Assembly: GCA_045649185.1 (NCBI GenBank)
Contig: JAZRPM010000008.1
Span: forward strand, 7,856 to 71,855
Source of the DNA: Candidatus Ornithomonoglobus sp.
Lineage (GTDB): Bacteria > Bacillota > Clostridia > UBA1381
Length of the DNA stretch: 64,000 nt
Direction: 5' to 3'
Each line of letters begins with the position of its first letter. Within the stretch, counting starts at the first letter, position 1. Below the pieces are notes generated by a model, which worked only from the letters and a program-made list of their open reading frames with translations, was not told the DNA's origin and ran no database searches. The translations under genes were made by a program, and so were the position numbers. Positions 47,843 through 57,195 of the stretch are shown here, piece by piece.

Positions 47843-48951
47843 TCGTCACCTCCCGGGTCGGAAAGCTCATCGAGCTCGTTGGAGTATGACGAATAGTCGC
47901 CGTACATTCCCGAATATTCAGACTTTTTCATTATATGTATCGCATCAGGCTCAAGCGAAATGCCGATACATTCGCCCACGTTTACAGAATCGGTCGTCTG
48001 TATCATCCACTTGAATCCGCCGATATCAACGATTATTTCGTTATGCACGCCCATAAATGTAACCTGCGTAACAGTTCCCTTGATTTCGCCTTTGTCTGCC
48101 GGCACAATATCAACGTCTTCCGGACGCACAACCACGTCTACCGGCTCGCCGTGTGCAAAGCCTTTGTCAAGGCACTCAAAGGTATGGCCCGAAAACTTAA
48201 CCTTATAGTTTTCAAGCATTATACCGTCGATTATGTTACTCTCGCCGATAAAGTCGGCAACGAACGCGTTCTGCGGTTCGTTATAAATATCTGCCGGTGT
48301 GCCGATTTGCTGAATACGTCCCTCGTTCAATACCACGATGGTGTCTGACATACTCAATGCCTCTTCCTGGTCGTGTGTAACAAAAACAAACGTAATTCCC
48401 GTTGACTGCTGTATCTTCTTAAGCTCCTGCTGCATATCCTTACGGAGTTTTAAGTCGAGCGCACCAAGCGGTTCATCAAGAAGAAGAACTTTCGGATGGC
48501 TTATAAGCGCACGTGCAATCGCAACTCTCTGTTGCTGACCGCCCGAAAGACTTGTTACGCTACGGTTTGCAAAGCTTCCGAGCATAACAAGGTTAAGCAT
48601 TTCCTCAACCTTTTTCTTGATTTCGTCTTTGGGAACTTTACGTTCACGCAAAGCGAACGCAACATTCTCAAACACATTCAGGTGCGGGAAAAGTGCGTAT
48701 TTCTGAAACACTGTATTTATATTTCTCTTGTGTGGCGGAGTATCGTTTATCCTCTCGCCCAAAAATAGTATATCACCCTCGTCGGGGTTCTCAAAACCGC
48801 CTATCATCCGCAGGAGTGTGGTTTTACCACAGCCTGACGGACCAAGCAGTGTTATAAACTCGTTATCGTGAATATCAAGGCTTATATTTGTGAGCACCTG
48901 CTCACCGTCAAAAGCCTTGGATATGTTTTTTAGCTCTATTATTTTATTCAT
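47839..48951 (-). CDS. potA: spermidine/putrescine ABC transporter ATP-binding protein PotA
   Basis: Walker [10 protein letters not shown], signature [15 protein letters not shown], Walker B LLLDEP, and a C-terminal TOBE-like domain. ATG 48951 follows AAAGGAGGAAAC. Confidence 0.95.
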   Translation of the reverse strand: MNKIIELKNISKAFDGEQVLTNISLDIHDNEFITLLGPSGCGKTTLLRMIGGFENPDEGDILFLGERINDTPPHKRNINTVFQKYALFPHLNVFENVAFALRERKVPKDEIKKKVEEMLNLVMLGSFANRSVTSLSGGQQQRVAIARALISHPKVLLLDEPLGALDLKLRKDMQQELKKIQQSTGITFVFVTHDQEEALSMSDTIVVLNEGRIQQIGTPADIYNEPQNAFVADFIGESNIIDGIMLENYKVKFSGHTFECLDKGFAHGEPVDVVVRPEDVDIVPADKGEIKGTVTQVTFMGVHNEIIVDIGGFKWMIQTTDSVNVGECIGISLEPDAIHIMKKSEYSGMYGDYSSYSNELDELSDPGGDE

Positions 48952-49321
48952 GTCAAGTTTCCTCCTTTGACATATTAAAAAGTGGTATGCCTTATTCAAG
49001 GCATACCACTTGTAAAAATCGAGTATATTATTCCCCTCTTGGGTATATTTCTCTCAATGGGTTTAGAGTTTATATAGCAAAGAATACTTTTACCACTCTT
49101 ATTGACCATTTCACAAGCTTATGCCAAAGGCATTTGGTTTATAGTAACCAACTTATAAAATTTGAGCTTTTAACTCAATCAATAAGGCAACTGATGTTGC
49201 CAACCGCATACGCGGTTTTCGGCATTTGACCCGGCTGTCCGTATGGCCTTAGCCGACATTGTGGCGTCGGCGGTCACAAATATCTTGCTTCGGAAAACCC
49301 TTTCCGATTGAGACATGTAGA
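48952..49321 (-). promoter_or_regulatory. about 370-nt structured 5' leader of potA (unclassified cis-regulatory RNA)
   Basis: A consensus promoter lies upstream. A 139-nt multi-hairpin element is closed by CUCAAUC (49312-06) / GAUUGAG (49180-74). Further hairpins and the terminator lie before the RBS. Confidence 0.6.
48975..49011 (-). terminator. strong intrinsic terminator inside the potA leader (attenuator)
   Basis: On the minus strand, AAGUGGUAUGCCUU-GAAU-AAGGCAUACCACUU (14 perfect bp) followed by UUUUUAAU, ending a few nt before the potA RBS. Confidence 0.8.
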
Positions 49322-49350
49322 ATTATAGCACATTTTCGTACTTTTGTCAA
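49322..49350 (-). promoter_or_regulatory. consensus sigmaA promoter of the pot leader
   Basis: On the minus strand, TTGACA (49350-45), exactly 17 nt, TATAAT (49327-22). The -35 overlaps the stop codon of the upstream EamA gene. Confidence 0.7.
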
Positions 49351-50264
49351 GATGTTTTGATTCTTTTCTCCGGCAACTGTACAAGAATGATTGCAACAAA
49401 CATCAGTACGCAACCCCAGATTTCACGTGCATCGAGTGTTCCGCCCGTTATTTCCCAGCCTAATGCGACAAGGACTACTGTTGAGAGTGTTGCAAAAACC
49501 GACTCAAGGCTCATAAGAATTGATGCCGAGGTCGGGTCAGTGTGTTTCTGCCCTACAATCTGCAATGTATATGCAACACCGCACGACATTATGCCCGAAT
49601 ACGCTAGTGCACCGGTGCAGTTAAGCACGGCATCAACCGACGGCGGTGTTTCAATAAACATCCATACAAGGTTTATGATTCCGCACACGAAAAACTGCAT
49701 ACACGCAAGCTTAACACCGTCAACCTTCGGTGCAACACAGTCAATCACAAGGATATGTCCCGCAAAAATGAACGCACACCCAAGTGTCATAACATCGCCT
49801 CGGTTTATTGTAAGCGACGAGTCAATACACATAAGATAGAGTCCTGCTACTGCGATAAGTACCGAAATGACCAGTACAGGACGCGGTTTTTTGCCGAAAA
49901 ACAGGTTTATAATCGGAATCAGGACCATATACAGTGCAGTTATAAACCCTGATTTTCCGGGACTTGTATAAACCATACCTGCTGTCTGTAACGTCGTTGC
50001 GGCACACAGGAGAACTCCGCAGGCGATACCGCCCCACAGCAGTGTTTTGTCGATTTTCTGTACTTCTTTTCCGCTTTTTTTCTTTTTAAAATCAAGAAAC
50101 CATATTACCGGCAGAAGAACAACACCGCCGAGTGTGCTTCGTATACCATTGAATGCAACGGGTGATATTTCTTCTACGCCCTTGCTCTGGGCAATAAACG
50201 ATGCACCCCATACAACGGCGGTTAATAACAGTAAAAAATTTCCTTTTAGCTTTTGTTTATTCAT
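49347..50264 (-). CDS. DMT superfamily (EamA-like) transporter
   Basis: Ten predicted TM segments in two EamA repeats. ATG 50264 follows GGAGAAAAAATA; the ORF opens further upstream at 50321. Confidence 0.85.
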   Translation of the reverse strand: MNKQKLKGNFLLLLTAVVWGASFIAQSKGVEEISPVAFNGIRSTLGGVVLLPVIWFLDFKKKKSGKEVQKIDKTLLWGGIACGVLLCAATTLQTAGMVYTSPGKSGFITALYMVLIPIINLFFGKKPRPVLVISVLIAVAGLYLMCIDSSLTINRGDVMTLGCAFIFAGHILVIDCVAPKVDGVKLACMQFFVCGIINLVWMFIETPPSVDAVLNCTGALAYSGIMSCGVAYTLQIVGQKHTDPTSASILMSLESVFATLSTVVLVALGWEITGGTLDAREIWGCVLMFVAIILVQLPEKRIKTS

Positions 50265-50338
50265 TATTTTTTCTCCATATAATAATGGTACTATTTTATC
50301 GGTTTTACCGCCAAATGTCAAGTGTCTTTAAAAAACTA

Positions 50339-50367
50339 TTGAACTTTTTTATATGCGGTGATATAAT
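50339..50367 (+). promoter_or_regulatory. sigmaA-type promoter for the nfeD-SPFH operon
   Basis: TTGAAC (50339-44), 17 nt, TATAAT (50362-67). Confidence 0.55.
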
Positions 50368-50389
50368 AATATAAAGGAGGTGCAACATT

Positions 50390-50803
50390 ATGCAGATAAT
50401 ATGGCTAATAGCAGTTATAGCATTTATTATCCTTGAAGCGGTTACATATCAGATGTTGTCAGTATGGTTTGTAATCGGAGCAATAGGCGGACTTATCGCA
50501 TCGCTTACGGGAGTCGATTTTTGGGTGCAAATGACGGTGTTTCTTGCAATATCGCTCATATTGCTTATTGCTTTCAGACCGATTGCATTGAAAAAGCTCA
50601 AAACTGACTTTAAGACAAATGCTGATGCCGTTATAGGCAAAAAAGTTACAATCACAAAAGAGGCAGACAACATAAGCGGTATCGGAGAGGGAAAACTTGA
50701 CGGTATGGTATGGACAGTACGCTCGGAGTCGGGCAAAGCACTGGCCATCGGAGATGTTGCAGAGGTTAAGAGAATCGAGGGCGTAAAGCTCATCGTAGAT
50801 TAA
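50390..50803 (+). CDS. NfeD family membrane protein
   Basis: Three N-terminal TM helices and a C-terminal OB-fold-like NfeD domain (GKKVTITKEAD..GEGKLDGMVWTVRS). Lies directly upstream of an SPFH gene. Confidence 0.85.
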   Translation: MQIIWLIAVIAFIILEAVTYQMLSVWFVIGAIGGLIASLTGVDFWVQMTVFLAISLILLIAFRPIALKKLKTDFKTNADAVIGKKVTITKEADNISGIGEGKLDGMVWTVRSESGKALAIGDVAEVKRIEGVKLIVD

Positions 50804-50813
50804 GGAGGATATT

Positions 50814-51698
50814 ATGGGATTTATAATAACTTTAATAGTAATATTTATTATTTTGTTCATTGCGAACATCAAGATTGTTCCGCAGACACACGCATTTATT
50901 TTGGAGCGCCTTGGCGGTTATCACTCAACCTGGGGTGTTGGACTTCACGTTAAGATTCCGTTCATTGACAGAATCGCAAAGCGTGTTAACCTAAAGGAGC
51001 AGGTTGTGGATTTTGAACCGCAGCCGGTTATCACAAAGGATAACGTAACGATGCAGATTGACACTGTTGTGTATTATCAGATAACAGATGCAAAGCTTTA
51101 CACTTACGGCGTTGAGCGTCCGATGATGGCGATTGAAAATCTTACCGCAACTACCTTGCGTAATATCATAGGCGACCTTGAGCTTGACGAAACTCTGACA
51201 TCACGTGATACAATAAACACACGTATGCGAGCAATACTTGATGAGGCAACAGACCCGTGGGGTATCAAGGTTAACCGAGTTGAGCTTAAGAACATTATGC
51301 CCCCGCAGGCTATCCGTGATGCGATGGAGCGTCAGATGAAAGCCGAGCGTGAAAGACGTGAAAACATCTTAAAGGCAGAGGGTGAAAAGAAGAGTGCAAT
51401 CCTTATCGCAGAGGGTGAAAAGGAAAGCCTTATCTTGCGTGCCGAGGCTAAAAAGGAATCGGATATCCGTGAGGCAGAGGGTAAGGCACAGGCGATAATT
51501 GAGGTACAAAAGGCGGTTGCTGAGGGTATCAGACTCATAAACGAAGCAGACCCGAAACAGGGCTATCTCACAATCAAGTCACTTGAGAGCTTAAACGCAT
51601 TGGCAGACGGTCAGGCAACAAAGATAGTTGTTCCGTCAGACCTGCAGGGTATTGCAGGACTTGCAACATCGGTAGCAGAAGTTATAAAAGAGAAATGA
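50814..51698 (+). CDS. SPFH domain / band 7 (stomatin-like) protein
   Basis: N-terminal TM, the SPFH core (IKIVPQTHAFILERLGGYH, TKDNV.MQIDTVVYYQI), and a coiled-coil C-terminus. Confidence 0.92.
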   Translation: MGFIITLIVIFIILFIANIKIVPQTHAFILERLGGYHSTWGVGLHVKIPFIDRIAKRVNLKEQVVDFEPQPVITKDNVTMQIDTVVYYQITDAKLYTYGVERPMMAIENLTATTLRNIIGDLELDETLTSRDTINTRMRAILDEATDPWGIKVNRVELKNIMPPQAIRDAMERQMKAERERRENILKAEGEKKSAILIAEGEKESLILRAEAKKESDIREAEGKAQAIIEVQKAVAEGIRLINEADPKQGYLTIKSLESLNALADGQATKIVVPSDLQGIAGLATSVAEVIKEK

Positions 51699-51705
51699 AA
51701 AACAG

Positions 51706-51737
51706 AAGGCAGAAACGATTGATTTCGTTTCTGCCTT
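51706..51737. terminator. hairpin terminator between convergent genes
   Basis: 13-bp stem AAGGCAGAAACGA / TCGTTTCTGCCTT. The T-run is better on the minus strand (CTGTTTTT). Confidence 0.7.
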
Positions 51738-51747
51738 AATCATTGTT

Positions 51748-52182
51748 TTATTCTGTTATTTTATCTGGATTTATAGGTGCTTCAAGCTGTGAATTATTTT
51801 TTCCTTTAAGTGTTTCTAATTTTAGATTCTTAAGCATTGTAGGAACAAAGTAAAGACCGCAAGTCATAAATCCTTTCAGAGCTTCCATTGCAATATCTGC
51901 AACATGCTCACGGTTTCCTTTTATTGCTTCATCACATTTCTTTTGAGATTCAAGCTCTTGATTGGCGAGTTCTTCCAATTTTTGTAATTTTTCTTCTTCG
52001 GTAAACTTATTGCTTTCCATTATAATTTTACGCATTGTTTCATAGGTGCTATCTACACCTTTGCGCAAATCTGTAATGCTTTTTGCGTATTTTTCGGGAT
52101 CTCCCGCATCAATAACGGATTTAGATAAATCAGAAAGACTTTTTACCATATCCACTACTTTTCCAATAATGCTAACAGACAT
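51748..52182 (-). CDS. hypothetical helical protein, unknown function
   Basis: Lys/Glu-rich, predicted helical, with one C-terminal hydrophobic segment. ATG 52182 follows GAGGA; the ORF opens at ATG 52227 with a poly-Lys/Gln N-terminus. Confidence 0.5.
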   Translation of the reverse strand: MSVSIIGKVVDMVKSLSDLSKSVIDAGDPEKYAKSITDLRKGVDSTYETMRKIIMESNKFTEEEKLQKLEELANQELESQKKCDEAIKGNREHVADIAMEALKGFMTCGLYFVPTMLKNLKLETLKGKNNSQLEAPINPDKITE

Positions 52183-52337
52183 ACAGCTATCCTCATTCTT
52201 TTGTTTTTTGTTTTTTTGTTTTTTCATATTTGTATATTGTGACTCCTCTGTGTCAATATAGTTTATTTAGTTATAATGTGTCAGCCGAAAAGGTCTAAGC
52301 ACTTCGTTAATCCTATCAAACTTGCGAAGTACAGCAA

Positions 52338-53837
52338 TTACTTTGAATCGCTGCTATAGCGTGAGGTTGAGCCCTTTGAGCTTGTTCTGTTAAGCTCGGA
52401 GTTTCTCATTGCACGCTTTTGTGCATAGACATTGTTTCCGTCCTCGGATGCACGGCGCTGATGGATTTGCTCGAACTTCTTTCTGCGTGCTATTCTGCGT
52501 TTCTTTTTGCGTGCGGATAATGCGGCGAATATTATTGCGAGAATAATAAGTATACCGGGTATAAGAATAAGCGGATTCTTTGCCTTTTCCATAGCCTTGT
52601 AGAATATGAAAACTATCCAGTTACGCTCTACATCGTTTGCGGCAATCAAGGGAGAGGTTGCAATCTCTTTGCCATGGTAGGTGTATACGATGGTTCCCAG
52701 TGCCTGACCTTTTTCTATCGGTGCCTCTATTGGGTCTTTATCGAGTTTAACGCTTGTTTTTATTTCTTTTGAAATATCTTTGCCTATAGGAATAAGTGCT
52801 GTTACATCCGAATCAACCGTAAATGTCACACGCTTGTCTTTCTTGGCTGCAAATACCTTTGAATCGGCAACCACTGTTCCGGGTGCTGCAAGCACACCTG
52901 ACTCGTAGTTGTTAAAACCGAAGTCAAACAATGCACGTGAAACTATATATGAATACGCCTTATCCGTTACATTCTCATCATCACATTTAAGAACAACCGA
53001 CAAAAGGTTCATGTCCTTGTATGTTGCAGAGGATACCAGACAGTGTCCTGCGGCATCTGTTGTGCCGGTCTTTATTCCCGTACAGGGCTTATAGAGATGG
53101 TTTGCCGAACGTGCTGTACTTAAGAACAGGTTTGTTGACGGCAAGTCACGGTTATGAACATACTTGTTTGTCGGGTCTATGTGATAAGTCGGTTTTGCGA
53201 CAATTTCACGGAATTTTTCGTTCTGCATACAGTACCGTGCAAGGATTGCAAGGTCATCAGCAGTTGTATAGTGGTCTTTTGCATGAACACCGCAAGCGTT
53301 TACAAAATGTGTTCCCTTCATGCCAAGCTCTGTCGCCTTTGCGTTCATAAGGTCAACAAAAGCTTCCATTGACCCGCCGACGTGTATTGCTATTACATTT
53401 GCCGCATCGTTGGCACTGTAAACAAGCATACCGTTTAAAAGGTCGGTCATTGTGAGTTCTTCGCCCACAAGTATTCCCATATGCGAATCCTCAAGCGTGA
53501 TGGTTTTAAGTGCTTCATACGGAGCAACAACAGTATCTCCCATCTTATCGCTTTCAAGTGCGAGTATAGCGGTCATCATCTTTGTTGTGCTGGCAGGATA
53601 CGCTTTCTTATCGCTGTTTTTACTGTAGATAACACGACCTGTAGTCATATCCATTAAAAGTGCTGATTCTGCATGGTCTGTATCAGGTGCTGTGAGCTCC
53701 GGATTTTCCATATAGATTTCTGCATCTTTTTTCTTTTCCGGTTTTTCTGTAGCCTCCGGCTCTGCGAAAACTGCGGTTGACGCAAAAAGCATCAATGCCG
53801 ATAAAAATCCGGCTGTTATTTTTTTGAATTTTTGCAT
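52338..53837 (-). CDS. D-alanyl-D-alanine carboxypeptidase (peptidase S11, low-molecular-weight PBP)
   Basis: Signal peptide, active-site SxxK (PASTTKMMT), SAND (SxN) and KTGTT motifs, the PBP5_C-like domain, then a C-terminal TM and a basic/Ser-rich tail. Confidence 0.9.
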   Translation of the reverse strand: MQKFKKITAGFLSALMLFASTAVFAEPEATEKPEKKKDAEIYMENPELTAPDTDHAESALLMDMTTGRVIYSKNSDKKAYPASTTKMMTAILALESDKMGDTVVAPYEALKTITLEDSHMGILVGEELTMTDLLNGMLVYSANDAANVIAIHVGGSMEAFVDLMNAKATELGMKGTHFVNACGVHAKDHYTTADDLAILARYCMQNEKFREIVAKPTYHIDPTNKYVHNRDLPSTNLFLSTARSANHLYKPCTGIKTGTTDAAGHCLVSSATYKDMNLLSVVLKCDDENVTDKAYSYIVSRALFDFGFNNYESGVLAAPGTVVADSKVFAAKKDKRVTFTVDSDVTALIPIGKDISKEIKTSVKLDKDPIEAPIEKGQALGTIVYTYHGKEIATSPLIAANDVERNWIVFIFYKAMEKAKNPLILIPGILIILAIIFAALSARKKKRRIARRKKFEQIHQRRASEDGNNVYAQKRAMRNSELNRTSSKGSTSRYSSDSK

Positions 53838-54075
53838 ATTTATATCCTCCGTTTATAGTCTTATACAATCAGTTGCTAACTATTCTTACCATCATTATAC
53901 AAAAAATGACAGCAAATTTCAATAGTAATATAAATTTTTTAAATTTTTTATGATATTTTTTCAAAAAACTATGGAAATTTTTCCGTATTATTGATATAAT
54001 GGAATTGTATAATATCATAAAATCGGAATAAGTATCGAAATTTCATTATTTTGAAAGGAGTCGGCGGTTTTTATT

Positions 54076-54765
54076 ATGAAAATATTAGTTGTAGACGACG
54101 AAAAATTACTTGTAAAAGGACTTAAGTTTAATCTTGAACAGGAGGGGTATCAGGTCATCACTGCATTTGACGGCGAAGAAGCGATTCGTCTTGCACACGA
54201 TGAGAGCATTGACGTTATTCTGCTTGACCTTATGCTCCCGAAAGTTGACGGTTTTACTGTATGCCGTACAATTCGTACGTTTTCAAACGTGCCAATAATC
54301 ATGCTTACGGCAAAGAGCGAGGATGTCGATAAGATTCTCGGTCTTGAATACGGTGCAGACGATTATATAACAAAGCCGTTCAATGTCCGTGAAGTTGAGG
54401 CACGCATAAAAGCAATATTGCGCCGTGTAACGCCCGAGCCTAAAGGTGACAGCAGTAAAACGATGGTATCGGGAGATATTACTCTTGATTATAACTTCCG
54501 CCGTGCAATGGTTCTTGACAGAATTGTTGAGCTTACCGGCAAGGAGTTTGACCTGCTCGAGCTGTTTTTGAAGAATCCGGACAAGGTATACACACGTGAG
54601 AACCTGCTTGACATTCTGTGGGGAATCGGATATCCGAGCGAGGAAAGAACAATCGACGTTCATATGCGACGTTTGCGTGAGAAAATAGAAGACAATCCGG
54701 CAGAGCCGAAATACTTGAAGACTAAATGGGGTGTTGGATATTACTACAAGGTGGAGCAAAGCTAA
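54076..54765 (+). CDS. OmpR/PhoB family response regulator
   Basis: Receiver domain (MKILVVDDE...LLDLMLPKVDG...LTAK) and a winged-helix output domain (LTGKEFDLLELFLKNP...VHMRRLREKIE...WGVGY). Confidence 0.95.
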   Translation: MKILVVDDEKLLVKGLKFNLEQEGYQVITAFDGEEAIRLAHDESIDVILLDLMLPKVDGFTVCRTIRTFSNVPIIMLTAKSEDVDKILGLEYGADDYITKPFNVREVEARIKAILRRVTPEPKGDSSKTMVSGDITLDYNFRRAMVLDRIVELTGKEFDLLELFLKNPDKVYTRENLLDILWGIGYPSEERTIDVHMRRLREKIEDNPAEPKYLKTKWGVGYYYKVEQS

Positions 54766-56242
54766 GGCTGGTAAAGACAAGTTATTCTCCTTTATAAAAA
54801 GGAGCAAGGCATATTCACATGCACATTCTATCAGGTTTGCAATGATAACGACATACGTTGCAGTTACGCTTATAACTCTGTTCCTGATGGCTGTGTATAA
54901 TATTGGCATACTTACGGAGAACCTGTATTCAGAAAAAACAATGAAGCTTTATGCTAAAGCGAATATCATATCGCAGTCTGCATCAGCTGTATGGGATGCG
55001 AGTGATGACCGTGTGATGTATCTGCGTCTTGAGGATACAACGGACCGCCTGCTTGCAGGTACAAGCATACGAGGAGTTGTGACTAATACATCATACACTG
55101 TACTTTATGACAATCACCGTGCGGCGAACATGACCGGCAAGGTGTTTATGCGTGATGTTATAAAACGAGCGATTGACGGCGAACAGGCAGACTCCGTTTT
55201 TGAAGCCGATAACGGAAGCACGCTCACTGTTGCGGTGCCGATTGAGATTAACGGTGAAGTGGTAGGCGGTGTGTATCTGGCAGAGAATCTGTCATCAATC
55301 ACCGACACTATAGGCACTATAAAAGCGAGCCTTTTTGTATTTTCAGTGCTGTTGCTGTTTGTAATTGTACTTATAAGCATAGGTATAAGCTATATCGTAA
55401 CCCGTCCAATTGCGGAATTTACAGAAGTGGCACGTGCAATATCACGTGGCGATTTCACAAAGAGAGCAAAAGTCAGCGGAACACGTGAAATGGCAGAGAT
55501 GGGACAGGCTCTAAACTTCATGTGTGATGAGCTTAACGCTCTTGAAGAGAAACGAAAGAATTTCGTGTCTGATGTATCTCACGAGCTGAAAACACCAATG
55601 GCAGGAATAAAGCTGTTATGTGACAGTCTTGTTCAGGCAGACAATCCCGATATGGACACAATCCGTGAATTTTTGGGCGATATGTCAGAGGAGATTGACC
55701 GTCTCACACGTATAATAAACAGACTCCTTACCCTGAGCCGTCTTGATTCGGGTGCGGATGTGAACCTGAGCAAGGTTGATGTATCGGCACTTTGTGCAGG
55801 CGTTGTTGAAAGTCTCAGAAAGATTGCAGACGAAAAGGATATGGAGCTTATATATGAGTCTTCTGATATAGAAACAAGACTTATTGAGCTAGACTATGAC
55901 AAAATTTACGAATGCGTTTATAACATTGTTGTAAATGCCATAAACTACACGCCCGACGGCGGACATGTAAAGACACGTGTTAAATATGAGTCGGAACTGT
56001 GCATAATAGAAGTAGAAGACGACGGCCCCGGAATCCCGGACGGTGAAAAGTTAAAGGTATTCGATCGATTCTACCGTCTTGACGATTCACGTGCACGTGA
56101 CACGGGCGGAACGGGATTAGGGCTTGCAATAACAAAAGAAGCAGTTCTTTTGCATAACGGAACGATTGAAGTTACAGATGCACAAACGGGCGGAAGCGTG
56201 TTTACAATAAAACTGCCGATAAACGAGCCTGGAAAGGAATGA
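54731..56242 (+). CDS. sensor histidine kinase (HAMP-HisKA-HATPase_c)
   Basis: Two TM segments flank an extracytoplasmic domain, followed by HAMP, the H-box SHELKTPM, an N box and the G boxes DDGPGI / GGTGLGLAI. The start is GTG 54731 or TTG 54734, overlapping the RR gene by about 35 nt. Confidence 0.9.
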   Translation: MLDITTRWSKAKAGKDKLFSFIKRSKAYSHAHSIRFAMITTYVAVTLITLFLMAVYNIGILTENLYSEKTMKLYAKANIISQSASAVWDASDDRVMYLRLEDTTDRLLAGTSIRGVVTNTSYTVLYDNHRAANMTGKVFMRDVIKRAIDGEQADSVFEADNGSTLTVAVPIEINGEVVGGVYLAENLSSITDTIGTIKASLFVFSVLLLFVIVLISIGISYIVTRPIAEFTEVARAISRGDFTKRAKVSGTREMAEMGQALNFMCDELNALEEKRKNFVSDVSHELKTPMAGIKLLCDSLVQADNPDMDTIREFLGDMSEEIDRLTRIINRLLTLSRLDSGADVNLSKVDVSALCAGVVESLRKIADEKDMELIYESSDIETRLIELDYDKIYECVYNIVVNAINYTPDGGHVKTRVKYESELCIIEVEDDGPGIPDGEKLKVFDRFYRLDDSRARDTGGTGLGLAITKEAVLLHNGTIEVTDAQTGGSVFTIKLPINEPGKE

Positions 56243-56247
56243 TATAT

Positions 56248-57195
56248 ATGACCCGAAAAAAGCTTATAGCTATTGCAGCAGCTGTTCTGGCTTTAATAAT
56301 AGCGGTTATATGTGCAGTGTTTATAAGTTACGACAGGACAACCGAAAAGATAAACTTTGATTTGTATTTCATAAACGAAGACGGAACGGGTATTGTTTCG
56401 ACTACTCGTAAAATCAGATACAAAAACGAGGACGAACTTATAAGAAGTGCGCTTGAAATGCTGCGCAAAGGCCCGTCGGGCGGAAAGCTTGGTGCGATAA
56501 TGCCAAAAGACACCGAGATAAGCGGAATAGAGCTTTCAGGCGGTGGCTTTCTTACAGTTTATTTTTCTGACAAGTTCCTTTCGGAGGACCCGTCAAGAAA
56601 CGTGCTTAATGTGTATGCAGTAGTAAAAACACTGTGCTCAACTGCTCATGTTTCGAGTGTTAAGGTGTTGGTTAACGGTGAGCCTGTCAAAGATAAGGAC
56701 GGCAAACCGCTTGAGTATATATCGGCATCTGACATAAACCTTGAAACGGAGGAGTACAGGAGTGAAATGCGTGAGGTCGGCTTGTATTTTGCTGACAGCA
56801 CAGGGGAGAAGCTTGTGTGCGAGAAGCGTACCATAAAAATAACCGACCAGCAGCCGATAGAGCAGTATATAATAAACGAGCTGATAAAAGGAACAAAGGA
56901 CAAGAAACTAAAAACTCTTTTATCAAAGAAAACAGCTCTTGTTTCGGTTGAAGTACAGGAAAATATTTGTTATCTCAACTTCAAATCAAACTTCCTCACT
57001 GACAATGCCGGAACAGCAGAACATGAGAAAATGGTCATCTATTCTATAGTAAATTCACTTACCGAACTTCAGATGCTTGCACGTGTCCAGTTCTATATGG
57101 ACGGAAAACGTGTTGAGAATTTCGGCAGTGTAAAAATAGATGATTATATAGAAAGAAACACAAGCATAATAGCCGGGAAAGGAGATTTAAAATAA
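56248..57195 (+). CDS. GerMN domain-containing (GerM-like) protein
   Basis: N-terminal membrane anchor followed by two GerMN-type repeats (YFINEDG...ALEMLRKGP and LYFADSTGEKLV...INELIKG). ATG 56248 is better spaced from GGAAAGGA than ATG 56239. Confidence 0.8.
   Translation: MTRKKLIAIAAAVLALIIAVICAVFISYDRTTEKINFDLYFINEDGTGIVSTTRKIRYKNEDELIRSALEMLRKGPSGGKLGAIMPKDTEISGIELSGGGFLTVYFSDKFLSEDPSRNVLNVYAVVKTLCSTAHVSSVKVLVNGEPVKDKDGKPLEYISASDINLETEEYRSEMREVGLYFADSTGEKLVCEKRTIKITDQQPIEQYIINELIKGTKDKKLKTLLSKKTALVSVEVQENICYLNFKSNFLTDNAGTAEHEKMVIYSIVNSLTELQMLARVQFYMDGKRVENFGSVKIDDYIERNTSIIAGKGDLK

Noticed and set aside
48975-49020. T-box interpretation of the pot leader, suggested by GUGGUA within AAGUGGUAUGCC, which resembles the GGUGGUACCGCG T-box core.
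   Set aside because: The similarity sits in the 5' strand of the terminator rather than in an antiterminator bulge. The conserved 14-mer is not matched, no Stem I specifier-loop, AG-bulge or distal-loop features are evident, and a polyamine transporter is not an expected T-box target.
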